Below, piece by piece: positions 39,944 to 49,711 of a stretch of DNA of 64,000 nt (position 1 is its first letter; each line of letters starts with the position of its first letter). The position numbers and the translations under genes were made by a program. The DNA is from Candidatus Adlerbacteria bacterium (lineage in GTDB: Bacteria; Patescibacteriota; Minisyncoccia; Phycocordibacterales; SBAW01). The notes below the pieces were generated by a model that worked only from the letters and a program-made list of their open reading frames with translations, was not told where the DNA came from and did not search any database. Where the stretch lies: the NCBI GenBank assembly GCA_903851045.1, contig CAINNF010000015.1, positions 32,644 to 96,643 on the forward strand, given 5' to 3'.

Positions 39944-40811
39944 AGGGAGCGACGAAGATACCCACAGCGATGAGTACCACGAGGGCAAACGCGATCTGCG
40001 TTGCGCTTAACGGCTCGAAGCCGGTGTTCGGGAGCGCCGGAATGTACGTCGCGGTCAGCGCGGTCGCTGGCTGCTCGACCGAGATGACAGGAAGCACTGA
40101 CGAGGGGACAGTGTACGAGACGGGACCAAGGGCGGCGACCACATTGACGGTACAGGTCGCCGTTTGCGTACCCGAGGTCACGTTGACGGTTTGCACTCCC
40201 GAAACGCGCGGAGTCGAGTTGAACGCGGCACCTATCGCCGGGTATGTGGCATCGGGGGTAGACCAACTATACGGTGCGGAGCCTCCGACCGCGGTCAACG
40301 AGACCGACTGCCCAAGCACCACCGTCTGGTAGGCAGGCAAACAGGTAAGCACGCTGTTCGTGTATGGATACGAATAGGGGTACGGCTGCGGAGCATTGTA
40401 GTACGCGGTCGAAGCACTCTCGGTGATGACACAGGTCGCTTCTTGGCCTTGGGTGACGGTACCGGTACAACCGATCGAGTAGGTCGGGTTAAAGCCCTGT
40501 ATTTGAGCCACCTGGACCGAGTAGCTACCCGCGAGCGTGACGCTGACGCCGGACTGAGACCCAGGGAACGACGATATCGAAGGATTCTGGGCCTGGACCG
40601 ACACGGTAAAATCGGATGGCTGGCGCGTGTAGGAATACGTCGGATTATTGTTCACCAACATGTACACATGGAGCACTCCCGGATTGCAGGAGTTGTTCGA
40701 ATACCACGAGCCACAAGGGGTATACACCTGAGCGAACGAAAGCGCAGGCACAGCAACGAGGGCTACAATGAGCGCGAACACGGTCTTTCGCCCAAAAAGT
40801 GGAAGTTTCAT
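39912..40811 (-). CDS. Secreted surface protein with LPNTG sorting signal
   Basis: Signal peptide, Ig-like beta-rich body, LPNTG + TM + RK tail; overlaps the sortase start. Confidence 0.8.
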   Translation of the reverse strand: MKLPLFGRKTVFALIVALVAVPALSFAQVYTPCGSWYSNNSCNPGVLHVYMLVNNNPTYSYTRQPSDFTVSVQAQNPSISSFPGSQSGVSVTLAGSYSVQVAQIQGFNPTYSIGCTGTVTQGQEATCVITESASTAYYNAPQPYPYSYPYTNSVLTCLPAYQTVVLGQSVSLTAVGGSAPYSWSTPDATYPAIGAAFNSTPRVSGVQTVNVTSGTQTATCTVNVVAALGPVSYTVPSSVLPVISVEQPATALTATYIPALPNTGFEPLSATQIAFALVVLIAVGIFVAPYVRKTFAAIV

Positions 40812-40885
40812 GATGTGTTTAGTTAGTGAATAAGGCGCGAATAACTTCCGCCGTAACATACCACCTTTTTAGAATATTGCAAGGT

Positions 40886-41101
40886 CTAGAATCCGAGCGA
40901 GCCCGGCGAGCCTATCCCCTGGCTAGCTAAGAACGCTGGCACAAAGAGGGGTATGAGCAGGAGCGGAATGACGATAACCGCCGCTGTGATGATACCCGTC
41001 CACAACATGATCTTTCGCGTCTTCTCAGCCGACGCGAACGTCGCATCGATCTTCTTCTCTATCGCCTCCAACCGCGCCTCCAAACCTTCGACATTCTCCA
41101 T
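40886..41101 (-). CDS. Small membrane protein
   Basis: Coiled-coil LEAIEKKIDA...EKTRK followed by a TM helix. Confidence 0.65.
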   Translation of the reverse strand: MENVEGLEARLEAIEKKIDATFASAEKTRKIMLWTGIITAAVIVIPLLLIPLFVPAFLASQGIGSPGSLGF

Positions 41102-41154
41102 GCCTCTAGTGTACACCAAACTCTGTATCGATGACACGGGAGTCTCTGTGCCAG

Positions 41155-41197
41155 TTGACAACCAGCCTCACCCGAGTATAATGTTTAGGTTAACTAA
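41155..41197 (+). promoter_or_regulatory. Consensus sigma70 promoter plus palindromic MarR operator
   Basis: TTGACA-N16-TATAAT then TTAG-GTTAA-CTAA just before the marR ATG. Confidence 0.7.
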
Positions 41198-41205
41198 GTA
41201 TTAGT

Positions 41206-41616
41206 ATGTCAAACAAACGAACCGAGGCGTTCTCTCGACTGTTCGCGCTCGGCAAGCTCATTCGCTCCCAGGTGGACGCGAGCGGGTCGCTGCCGATGGC
41301 TCAGCTAGAGACCTTGCGCTTTATCATCGAGCACCAGTCCCCGACCATGCACGCAGTGGCCGAGTACCACCGTATCACCGCTCCGTCGGCCACGACCCAT
41401 GTGCAAGAGCTGGTGCGACTGAAATATGTGAAGCGCATCAGCGACACGAAGGACCGCCGGCAGGTTCGACTGGCTATCACGCCGCTGGGTGCACGTACCT
41501 ACACCAAAGCGATCGCCGAGCGAAAGCAGGTCATCGAAGCATTGTTCACCCACCTCACCGACCAAGATCTCGACACCTTTAATAGAATTCTCGATACCAT
41601 CATCGCCAAACACTAG
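41206..41616 (+). CDS. MarR family transcriptional regulator
   Basis: wHTH with V..L....YVKR....DRR.V....T..G. Confidence 0.9.
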   Translation: MSNKRTEAFSRLFALGKLIRSQVDASGSLPMAQLETLRFIIEHQSPTMHAVAEYHRITAPSATTHVQELVRLKYVKRISDTKDRRQVRLAITPLGARTYTKAIAERKQVIEALFTHLTDQDLDTFNRILDTIIAKH

Positions 41617-41617
41617 T

Positions 41618-43198
41618 ATGCAGAACAAATCATTCCTCAGTCGTGAAGTGCTCGCTCACCCCCTCTCGTTCATCTCGTTTGGGGTGGTGGGACTTATCGC
41701 CGTTGGCGGGTTTGTATATTATGCGCTTGCCACACGTACACCCAACCAGTCGTGGGTCTCGCCCATCGTCAGACCCATCGTCGAAACGGTGACCGCCAGC
41801 GGTACCGTCGAACCTGCGCAGAATCCGAACCTCGCGTTCCAAAGCGGTGGTAAGGTCGCCGTGGTCAATGTGTCCGTCGGTCAGACCGTGTCGCAAGGGC
41901 AACGACTCGCTTCGCTCGACCTCAGTGCCCTGAGCGCCGCACGTGCGCAAGCGGTCGCGAACCTCAACGCGCAAAAAGCGCAGCTCGCGCAGCTCCAGGT
42001 CGGTCCTCGTACGGTCGACGTCACCGCCAAGCAGACCACGGTCGACCAAGCGAACGCCACGCTCACGAATCTCTACTCGAGCATCCCGGCGAACATCGCA
42101 CAGGCATACGACAAGTCCTTCAGCGGCGTCTCGGGTGCGACCGATGTGCTGTTTAGCCAGCCGAACACGACGAACCCGACGCTCGCCTTCTCGACCACGA
42201 ACAGTCAAACGGCGGTCGATGCGACGACCGCGCGCACAACCGTGAACACCGAACTCGCGACATGGGAGCATGAAACGAACACGCTTACCAATGCGAGCAC
42301 GCCACAAACGATCGAGGAGGCATTGGCACGCTCGATCACCCACCTCAGTGTCGTGCGCTCATATTGCGACACGCTCCTCAAGGCGCTGAGCAGCGCGACT
42401 CCGTCCGGCGCACTGAGCCAAAGTACGCTTACCGCCGCCCAGACGTCGGTCGGCGGACTACGCGACTCGGTGAACGGACAGATACTCTCGCTCCAAAGCC
42501 TGCAACAGCAGCTCACATCGTCGAAGCTTGCCGTGCGATCGGCAACGGATGCATTGAACCAGGTCACTGCCGGTGCGACCCCTGAAGCTATCGCGGCACA
42601 GCAAGCACAGGTGGCAGCGGCACAAGCGAACGTCGAGAACGTCGATGCCCAGATCGCGAACAGCACCGTCGTCGCACCGTTCACTGGCACTGTGACCAGT
42701 GTCGCCGTGAAGAGCGGCCAGATCGTCGGCCCGAACACGGTCGCCGTGTCTCTGACTCCCGAAAGTACGCTCCAAGTGGAAGTGTATGTGAGCGAGATAG
42801 ATATGGCGAAACTGAGCGTTGGTGCCAGTGCGGATGTCACGCTCGACGCCTATGGATCATCGCGCATCTTCCCCGCACACATCGTCACCATCGACCACTC
42901 GCGCTCGACCGCCAACGGTACGTCCGCATACAAAGTGACGCTCCAGTTCGCAAGCAATGACCCCGCGATAGCGACCGGTATGACAGCCAACGCGTCAATC
43001 CTTGCCGCGAGCAAGACTGGTGCGCTCACACTCCCCCGCAGTGCGATCATCGAGAACGGCACCAACACGTTCGTCCTCGTCTCGAGCGGCTCGGGTACGA
43101 CACAAAGACCAGTGACGCTCGGCATCGTCGGTACGAGTACCGTCGAGATCGTCTCGGGTGTCACGGCAGATGATAAGGTACTTATGCAAACGAACTAA
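41618..43198 (+). CDS. HlyD/EmrA-type efflux membrane-fusion protein (long coiled coil)
   Basis: N-terminal TM, lipoyl halves (VSVGQTVSQGQ / APFTGTV), VSEID...G. Confidence 0.85.
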   Translation: MQNKSFLSREVLAHPLSFISFGVVGLIAVGGFVYYALATRTPNQSWVSPIVRPIVETVTASGTVEPAQNPNLAFQSGGKVAVVNVSVGQTVSQGQRLASLDLSALSAARAQAVANLNAQKAQLAQLQVGPRTVDVTAKQTTVDQANATLTNLYSSIPANIAQAYDKSFSGVSGATDVLFSQPNTTNPTLAFSTTNSQTAVDATTARTTVNTELATWEHETNTLTNASTPQTIEEALARSITHLSVVRSYCDTLLKALSSATPSGALSQSTLTAAQTSVGGLRDSVNGQILSLQSLQQQLTSSKLAVRSATDALNQVTAGATPEAIAAQQAQVAAAQANVENVDAQIANSTVVAPFTGTVTSVAVKSGQIVGPNTVAVSLTPESTLQVEVYVSEIDMAKLSVGASADVTLDAYGSSRIFPAHIVTIDHSRSTANGTSAYKVTLQFASNDPAIATGMTANASILAASKTGALTLPRSAIIENGTNTFVLVSSGSGTTQRPVTLGIVGTSTVEIVSGVTADDKVLMQTN

Positions 43199-43199
43199 C

Positions 43200-43844
43200 A
43201 TGACCACACACACTCCAGAAACGAAGAAAGGTCTCGATCGACGCGTACTGATACTTGCCGCGTTCATGATAGTGGTCGTCGGCGGTGCACTCGCCGCGCT
43301 CGCATACGTCGCCGTAAGCAGCAAGACCGTCTATATCGACAAGGCACAGATTACCGCCCCTACCGTGAACCTGGGGCCAACGAACCCAGGCACACTCACT
43401 GCGGTGTACGTCTCCGTGAACGACGTCCTACCACCAAACACCGTCGTCGCACAGGTCGGCACCGAACTTATCAAGTCATTGAACGGGGGGCTGGTCATAT
43501 CGGTGAACAACAATATCGGTAAAAGTATCGCGGCGAACGACACGGTCGTGACGGTCATCGACCCGACACAACTGCGTGTCGTCGGCCAAGTACAAGAAGA
43601 TAAGGGTTTGGTGGACATCAAGCCTGGACAGCGTGCGGTCTTTACCGTGGACGCGTTCGGGGGCGAGCAGTTCAGCGGCATCGTCGACGAGATCGCGCCG
43701 ACCGCCGAGAGTAGCGACGTCGTTTTCTCGGTCTCCGACCAGCGACAAGAACAGAACTTCGATGTGAAGATCCGTTTCGACCAGACCACACATCCCGAGC
43801 TCAAGAACGGCATGTCCGCGAAGGTGTGGGTGTACAAACAGTAA
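43200..43844 (+). CDS. Short HlyD/EmrA-family adaptor protein
   Basis: TM + lipoyl + beta-barrel (IKPGQ..FTVDA, LKNGMSA). Confidence 0.8.
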   Translation: MTTHTPETKKGLDRRVLILAAFMIVVVGGALAALAYVAVSSKTVYIDKAQITAPTVNLGPTNPGTLTAVYVSVNDVLPPNTVVAQVGTELIKSLNGGLVISVNNNIGKSIAANDTVVTVIDPTQLRVVGQVQEDKGLVDIKPGQRAVFTVDAFGGEQFSGIVDEIAPTAESSDVVFSVSDQRQEQNFDVKIRFDQTTHPELKNGMSAKVWVYKQ

Positions 43845-43851
43845 CACTCGA

Positions 43852-43960
43852 ACGCAAGAAACACTCTTTAAAAAGTCCAGGCGGGGGCGCGCCGCTTTTT
43901 AAGGAGCGAAGCGACTATAAAAAGTGGGGCTAAGGACTTTTTAAAGAGTGTTTCTTGCGT
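43852..43960. repeat. REP/MITE-like palindromic element (27-bp perfect inverted repeat)
   Basis: ACGCAAGAAACACTCTTTAAAAAGTCC ... GGACTTTTTAAAGAGTGTTTCTTGCGT enclosing an inner stem with GCGAAGC. Confidence 0.8.
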
Positions 43961-43972
43961 GAGTTACAGATT

Positions 43973-45460
43973 ATGACCGAAACCATAAAAGAAAACTCAA
44001 AGTGGCTCGTGCTCTTCACCGTGATGGTGGGGACGTTTTTAGGTCGTCTTGACCAGACAATAGTCAACCTCGCGCTCCCCAAGATAATCAACGACTTCTC
44101 TATCACCGTCTCTGCCGCGGGCTGGATAGCGACCGCCTATATCCTTGCCAACGCCGTGTTCGTCCCCGTGTGGGGCAAGCTCGGCGACACCGTGGGACGC
44201 AAGAAGGTGTATCTGCTGGGCTTCGGTATCTTCATCGTCGGCTCCGCGCTCGCAGGGTTCGCGTGGAACCTCAGCAGTATGATCGTCTTTCGCATCATCC
44301 AAGCGATCGCCAGCTCCGCCGACTACCCGACCGCCATGGCCATACTCGCCTTCACCTTCAAAGAAGGGCGTGAGCGTGCGCAGGCACTTGGCATCTGGTC
44401 GTCGGTGTTCGCTGCTTCGGCCGTCGTTGGTCCGTTGCTTGGTGGCCCGCTCATCGACACCCTTGGGTGGCGCTGGGTCTTTTTCATCAACATCCCGGTC
44501 GGCATCTTTGGCCTCCTGTTGGCGCTTATCGTCGTGCCAGAATCCAAGGGTCGCGACGCACACTCCTTCGACTGGTGGGGCGCAGGAACGCTCGGTGCGG
44601 CGCTTTCGGCGCTCGTACTCGTGCTCGACCAGGGCACCTCGTGGGGTTGGCTGTCGCAGGATAGCTTGCTCTGTTACGCAAGTGTCATCCTGTTCACAAG
44701 TATCTTCTATCACATCGAGAAGCATCATCGCGAACCGATCGTCGACCTCAAATTCTTTCAGAACGCGATATTCGTCAATACACTATTCAACAACTTCATC
44801 GTCTTCATGGGGCTGATGGGGAGCGTCTTCCTCATCCCCATCTTCGCTCAGACCTTCCTCGGCTATGACGCGACGCAGACCGGATACCTCTTCATACCGA
44901 TGGCGGTGGCGCTCATGTTCGCCTCGCCGTTGGGAGGTGCGCTCACGGGCCGCATCAAAGCGAAATATATCATCGCAACCTCGACCGCGGTCGCCGCACT
45001 CGGACTCTTCCTCTTTTCGTACTTCATCGACGTGCGAGCGACCGCGGTCGATATCATGTTCCCGCTGTTCGTGATGGCATTCGGACTAGGCTTCGGGATG
45101 GCACAGCGTACCGCCGCCGTCGCGGCGGCGGTGCCACAGCACGAGATTGGTGTCGCCTCTTCCATCCTCGCGCTGGCACGCAACATCGCTGGCGCCTTTG
45201 GTATAGCCCTTTTCGGTACCATCCTCAACAGCGCCACGAAACACAATGTCCTTACGATTGCAAGCAACTCGCACCTCTACGCGCACACCGCGGTCGCCAC
45301 ACAGACCTACATCGGTCTTATAGAGCTCAAGGCCCAGGTCGATGCATACCACACCATCTTCCTCGTTGGCATGAGCATCTTATTGACCGCAGCGATCATC
45401 GCCCTCCTGTTCGACATACCCGAGAAGAAACTCAAAGAGCCAATAGTAATCGAGGGATAG
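43973..45460 (+). CDS. DHA2 (EmrB/QacA) MFS efflux permease
   Basis: LDQTIVNLALP, GKLGD..GRK, GPLLGG, WRWVFFINIPVG; about 14 TM. Confidence 0.92.
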   Translation: MTETIKENSKWLVLFTVMVGTFLGRLDQTIVNLALPKIINDFSITVSAAGWIATAYILANAVFVPVWGKLGDTVGRKKVYLLGFGIFIVGSALAGFAWNLSSMIVFRIIQAIASSADYPTAMAILAFTFKEGRERAQALGIWSSVFAASAVVGPLLGGPLIDTLGWRWVFFINIPVGIFGLLLALIVVPESKGRDAHSFDWWGAGTLGAALSALVLVLDQGTSWGWLSQDSLLCYASVILFTSIFYHIEKHHREPIVDLKFFQNAIFVNTLFNNFIVFMGLMGSVFLIPIFAQTFLGYDATQTGYLFIPMAVALMFASPLGGALTGRIKAKYIIATSTAVAALGLFLFSYFIDVRATAVDIMFPLFVMAFGLGFGMAQRTAAVAAAVPQHEIGVASSILALARNIAGAFGIALFGTILNSATKHNVLTIASNSHLYAHTAVATQTYIGLIELKAQVDAYHTIFLVGMSILLTAAIIALLFDIPEKKLKEPIVIEG

Positions 45461-45551
45461 ACGGCGCGAAATGTCACTATATGAATAAGCGGTCACCCTG
45501 CTACAGGCGACCGCATTGCCGACGAAAGAGGCACTGTGTTAGCCAATCCGA

Positions 45552-45944
45552 CTATGGGGCTTCCTGGTACCAATCACGAACCTTAACAATTCGCCTGATT
45601 GGTCTTATGTGTCTTCCGTTGTAATAGTTGAGCTCACATACATAATACTCCCTATCAAGACGACCCACTCGGTCACCGTAGTGTGTAAAAACATGGTCAG
45701 GAATGCTTCGATCATCCATGTTTTCAATTGACATCTGATTTCCTCCAGCATCGTAGAATCGTTCGATGCGCACCAGACCCCTTGCCAGTTCTCTGGAGAA
45801 GACGGCATAAATTGCCGAGGCAACTGCAGCAGCATTGTGCGAGCCCAGAGATACAACAACATATCCACACCTCCCCATCAAAGTAGGCAGACGATATACC
45901 GACTCAGGGTAACCGTCGACCATAACCTCCTCCACCTGCTCCAT
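45552..45944 (-). CDS. Hypothetical protein
   Basis: AAGGA RBS before MEQVEEV; lower GC. Confidence 0.5.
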   Translation of the reverse strand: MEQVEEVMVDGYPESVYRLPTLMGRCGYVVVSLGSHNAAAVASAIYAVFSRELARGLVRIERFYDAGGNQMSIENMDDRSIPDHVFTHYGDRVGRLDREYYVCELNYYNGRHIRPIRRIVKVRDWYQEAP

Positions 45945-45991
45945 ATTTTCTATCCTTTTGTTTGATGCGAGGCCAAACCCCCACATGCGGT

Positions 45992-46633
45992 TCAGACGGT
46001 TGGCTGGGACAGGTCGAGGACGGCAGTAAAAGATTTACGATTTCCTATTGGAGACAAGCCCCAATCCCACCTGTTTTGATCGACGTACATACTCAAGAAG
46101 CCAACATGGCGAGAGAGGTCTATGATTGCTGTCCTTTCGAACAGTATAATTCCTCCATCATCGTTGCCATGGGGTCGAATCGGGTTAGTCACGAACGGCA
46201 TTTCAAGCAACTTATTCCTGTTGCGCCAGAGCCATAGGAAATCTCTCAGACCAAGAAGGACAATCCCTGCTTCTTTTGCACAGGAACTCTCTCGACCACT
46301 CTGAATGAGTCGCATATTCCGATAGTTCCCTTCATTAAGCAGCTGAGGGATCTCGTCGTCGGAGATAATGCTCCACCCATTGCGAACCCATGTTATCGGG
46401 TCAGTATGTCGCTCATTCGTGAGGTCAAAATCCGGCTCCGGATCGAGCCCGAGACTAGCGCGGAACACCTCTGGAGATGGCAACGCCCTACCACCTGCAA
46501 TTGCCTCAGCAAGTGTGGAGACGTATGCATGGAGTTGCACCATTTGCGCATCCGCCAAATCATGTCGAGCAACAGCGCTCAGCAGGGGCTCACCACGATG
46601 CCAGCCTGTCACACGAGTATTGTTCACGTCCAC
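45992..46633 (-). CDS. Hypothetical protein
   Basis: AAGGAG RBS before GTG; 213 aa. Confidence 0.6.
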   Translation of the reverse strand: MDVNNTRVTGWHRGEPLLSAVARHDLADAQMVQLHAYVSTLAEAIAGGRALPSPEVFRASLGLDPEPDFDLTNERHTDPITWVRNGWSIISDDEIPQLLNEGNYRNMRLIQSGRESSCAKEAGIVLLGLRDFLWLWRNRNKLLEMPFVTNPIRPHGNDDGGIILFERTAIIDLSRHVGFLSMYVDQNRWDWGLSPIGNRKSFTAVLDLSQPTV

Positions 46634-46754
46634 GACTCCTTTGCCTTTGGTTTACGTTTTGATGCGAGACGCACTGCGCGCCATCGCTGCATCTGTCATT
46701 AGCATAGCGAAGTTGCAGTGGATAGCCATATGTGTTTATATTAATTCATAAACT

Positions 46755-47528
46755 ATGTCAGCAATTACCAGCACACTCACTGCTATCGGGCTCTCTGCAA
46801 AAGAGGCGGCGCTCTACGAAGCGGGGCTCAAAAATGGCGAGAGCGACGTACCAACGCTCGCGCGCTTGCTCGGCATGAACCGCGCGACAGTCTATCACCA
46901 CCTACACACACTTGAGCGTCACGGACTCCTCTACAAACGTATTGAAAACGGGCGCATGGTCGTCACCATGGCTCGCGAAGAAGGATTACGCGCATTATTC
47001 GCCTACGAAGAGCACGCGTTGCAAGAGCACAAGGAGCGCTTGGAGACACTGCTCCATAAGTTACCAAAAGCAACCCGAGTTGCAGCTCGCCCCGACGTGC
47101 AGTACTTCTCGGGGCTGGAGGGTATTCGCATGGCGCTGGAGATCGCCTTTCGCACCAAGACCAAACACTGGGACATTATCGCGCCAAAGAAAAACTTTTT
47201 CTCGGACATCGACGAGGAGTATGCGGCATACTACCTCTCGGAGCGAAAGCGCCGAAAGATCACCTCACGCTCGCTGTGGGAAAAAACCTTCGAGAATATT
47301 CGCCTGAACCAAGACGTGATACGCGAGCGACAGCCGCGCTACCTACCCAAAGAGCACCTCATCCCCTTTCGCTCAGTGCTCATCCTGTTCGACACTCGCG
47401 CACTGTTCATCTCGTCAACCAATGAGATGCAGGCGGTACTTATCAACTCGTCGGACATCCACTCGACACTGCAGATGCAGTTCTCGGTTTTGTGGTACCT
47501 CTCCGAACCATATTCGTCATCAACATGA
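46755..47528 (+). CDS. TrmB-family transcriptional regulator
   Basis: GLS.KEA.LY...L, R.TVY..L..L...GL HTH, YF.G.EG; GTTTAT-N8-ATAAAC palindrome at 46734-46753. Confidence 0.85.
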   Translation: MSAITSTLTAIGLSAKEAALYEAGLKNGESDVPTLARLLGMNRATVYHHLHTLERHGLLYKRIENGRMVVTMAREEGLRALFAYEEHALQEHKERLETLLHKLPKATRVAARPDVQYFSGLEGIRMALEIAFRTKTKHWDIIAPKKNFFSDIDEEYAAYYLSERKRRKITSRSLWEKTFENIRLNQDVIRERQPRYLPKEHLIPFRSVLILFDTRALFISSTNEMQAVLINSSDIHSTLQMQFSVLWYLSEPYSSST

Positions 47529-47588
47529 GTGCTGATATACATAAAAACACCCCGTGCTTGTGGGGTGTTTTTTATATGTGACCCTGGT

Positions 47589-48452
47589 CTACTGTGTGGT
47601 CGTAGTGGTCGACGGAGCGGTCGAACTTGCGGAGACCGTCGGTGTCGGAAGAGACTTGAGACCTTTTACAATAGTATCGGCATCCTTACGCGCCGCAAGA
47701 AGGTCCTTCTGCGCGGCGAGGAGGTCGGCGCGCGCGGTCTTCATCGCAGCGGCGTTCTGCGCTTGCTTGGTCGCGTCCCCGTTGTCGGGAGAGAGGCCTG
47801 CGCTCACCGAGACCGATGCCTGTGACTGCGCGCTCGCATCACTCAGTTTACTGCTCATGTCGGTCAACGCCACCAGGAGCTTGCTCACATCCGCTCCTGC
47901 GCTCTGGGCTGCGGACACACGTGCCTGGAGCTTCGCGCCGAGCTGGTTCATCATAGTGACCAGCGTGACCTCTCGGTCCGCTGATGCGGCGACGCGCGCC
48001 TGTGGGATGACAAGCATGTAGACACGGTACGAGTCAGTGATCATCTTCACATCGGCTTTAAGCGTCGTCATGTCCGTGTCAGTGTCAATCTTTGCCTTCA
48101 ATTGCGTGAGTCCAGTAATTTGATTACTGATGTTCGTCGTGAGCGTCTGTTTGAAGTTCGCGGTGACACGCTGCATAGCGTCGATGCGCGCTTGGAGGTC
48201 GTTGAGCGCTGAGATCCGTCGATCTATCTCCTTATCCGCCTTATCTATCGCTGTCTGCACTTTTGGCGTGACCGCTGCAGACGTTGGCCTCGGAGCAGAA
48301 GAAGGAGTCGCTGCCGACACCGCGGGCGGAGTCGCCGCATCGGGAGTAGGCATCGTGACGGTCTGAGCTGAAGCAAGGAGCGGCACAGCCATTGAAACGG
48401 TCATCGCTACTGCCGCAAGCATCGTATATTTCATGTGTGTATTCATGTTCAT
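47589..48452 (-). CDS. Secreted alpha-helical coiled-coil protein
   Basis: Signal peptide, EIDRRI..L, SYRVY.L..P helical pattern. Confidence 0.75.
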   Translation of the reverse strand: MNMNTHMKYTMLAAVAMTVSMAVPLLASAQTVTMPTPDAATPPAVSAATPSSAPRPTSAAVTPKVQTAIDKADKEIDRRISALNDLQARIDAMQRVTANFKQTLTTNISNQITGLTQLKAKIDTDTDMTTLKADVKMITDSYRVYMLVIPQARVAASADREVTLVTMMNQLGAKLQARVSAAQSAGADVSKLLVALTDMSSKLSDASAQSQASVSVSAGLSPDNGDATKQAQNAAAMKTARADLLAAQKDLLAARKDADTIVKGLKSLPTPTVSASSTAPSTTTTTQ

Positions 48453-48464
48453 ATAACCTCTAGA

Positions 48465-48794
48465 TTAGTTAGCCTGCGGAAGCGGCTTATCGGTAATGGC
48501 TGCGTCGAGACTTGCACTATCGGTCGTGAGTCCCTGCAGCTGCGTGTCGATAGCTGCGGTATCCTGCACCAGAGCCGCATCGCTTGCATCCTTCGCATCG
48601 CTCATGCCGTTCATGTTGACTGGCTGCGGCGCGGGTGCAGCAGGAGGAGTCGTCGTGGCGACAGGAGGAGGCGTAACCGTGTTCGAAGCTGTCTTGGGGC
48701 CTGTGAGCGCTGTGATCCACCCACTGTACCAAAGGAGCCAACCACCACCCGCGACCACGATGAGCACTAGTATCCATTTAATTACACTAGACAT
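48465..48794 (-). CDS. Small membrane-anchored protein
   Basis: N-terminal TM, Pro/Thr linker, SD..L.QD...ID.QL. Confidence 0.7.
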   Translation of the reverse strand: MSSVIKWILVLIVVAGGGWLLWYSGWITALTGPKTASNTVTPPPVATTTPPAAPAPQPVNMNGMSDAKDASDAALVQDTAAIDTQLQGLTTDSASLDAAITDKPLPQAN

Positions 48795-48869
48795 ACGTTA
48801 TTCTATTATTGGTAACTTGCCCATACAGTATACCCTCCCTCTTTTGGAATATCCACACGAACGAGCTCC

Positions 48870-49559
48870 TTATTCGTTGATGAAATATATCGTCTCGACC
48901 TTCGGACCGACCCAGGTGGTACTTCCGTCACCGGTCACGAAGAATGTCGGTCCAAGATACTGCGGTGTACGATGCGTCAACAGGTCGAACACCGCCTTCA
49001 TCGTCGCCGGTATCTCACGCAGCGCGTTCAAAAGATACGAATCGGTTGGACCGGATGCATCGAGTCCGACCGCCGACACGCCGAGCACGTCGGCAATGAA
49101 CAACGCACGCGGTAAATGGAAGCGTTGCGAGGTTATGATCATCGAACGCACGCCAAAGATCGTCTTCGCACGATACAGACTGCTATAGGTATCGAATCCG
49201 GCATAGTCAAGAAAGACGTCCGCCACCGGGACCCCCCTACTGATGAGATACTTTCCTACCGGATACACTTCATCATAGGCGAGCGTTGAATTGTCCCCAC
49301 TGACCAATATCTTGGAGACTTTGTGTGCCTCATAGAGCGCAATAGCTGCGTCCGCTCGCTCTTTCAGTACTAACGAAAGTGCGCCGTTGGAACGTATCGA
49401 GGCGCCAAGCACCAGCGCCACCTGCTCGCTCGGCACGTCAAGGATCGTCGCATAGATGCGATGCGTGGTTACGCCAACTACCCACAGGACGATACACAAC
49501 ATCACCGCGATGACCACGACGAAACAAAGGACACCGGCTTGCAACAGGGTACGCAGCAT
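48870..49559 (-). CDS. SanA/YdcF (DUF218) family protein
   Basis: ALVLGA, ILVSGD, DYAGFDTY.S, SQRFHLPRA, LRE. Confidence 0.9.
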   Translation of the reverse strand: MLRTLLQAGVLCFVVVIAVMLCIVLWVVGVTTHRIYATILDVPSEQVALVLGASIRSNGALSLVLKERADAAIALYEAHKVSKILVSGDNSTLAYDEVYPVGKYLISRGVPVADVFLDYAGFDTYSSLYRAKTIFGVRSMIITSQRFHLPRALFIADVLGVSAVGLDASGPTDSYLLNALREIPATMKAVFDLLTHRTPQYLGPTFFVTGDGSTTWVGPKVETIYFINE

Positions 49560-49711
49560 ATATCTACACCGTTCAGTATATATGGTCTCTCGGCGGCCAC
49601 ATACCGCGCAACTATCCACAAACGATTCGTTGACGTGACCCTCCGTTGTTGCTACGGTTATGAGTGGACGTACATCGATAGCCCCTCGTCCGGGCGTTGA
49701 AAAGGAGGTAG

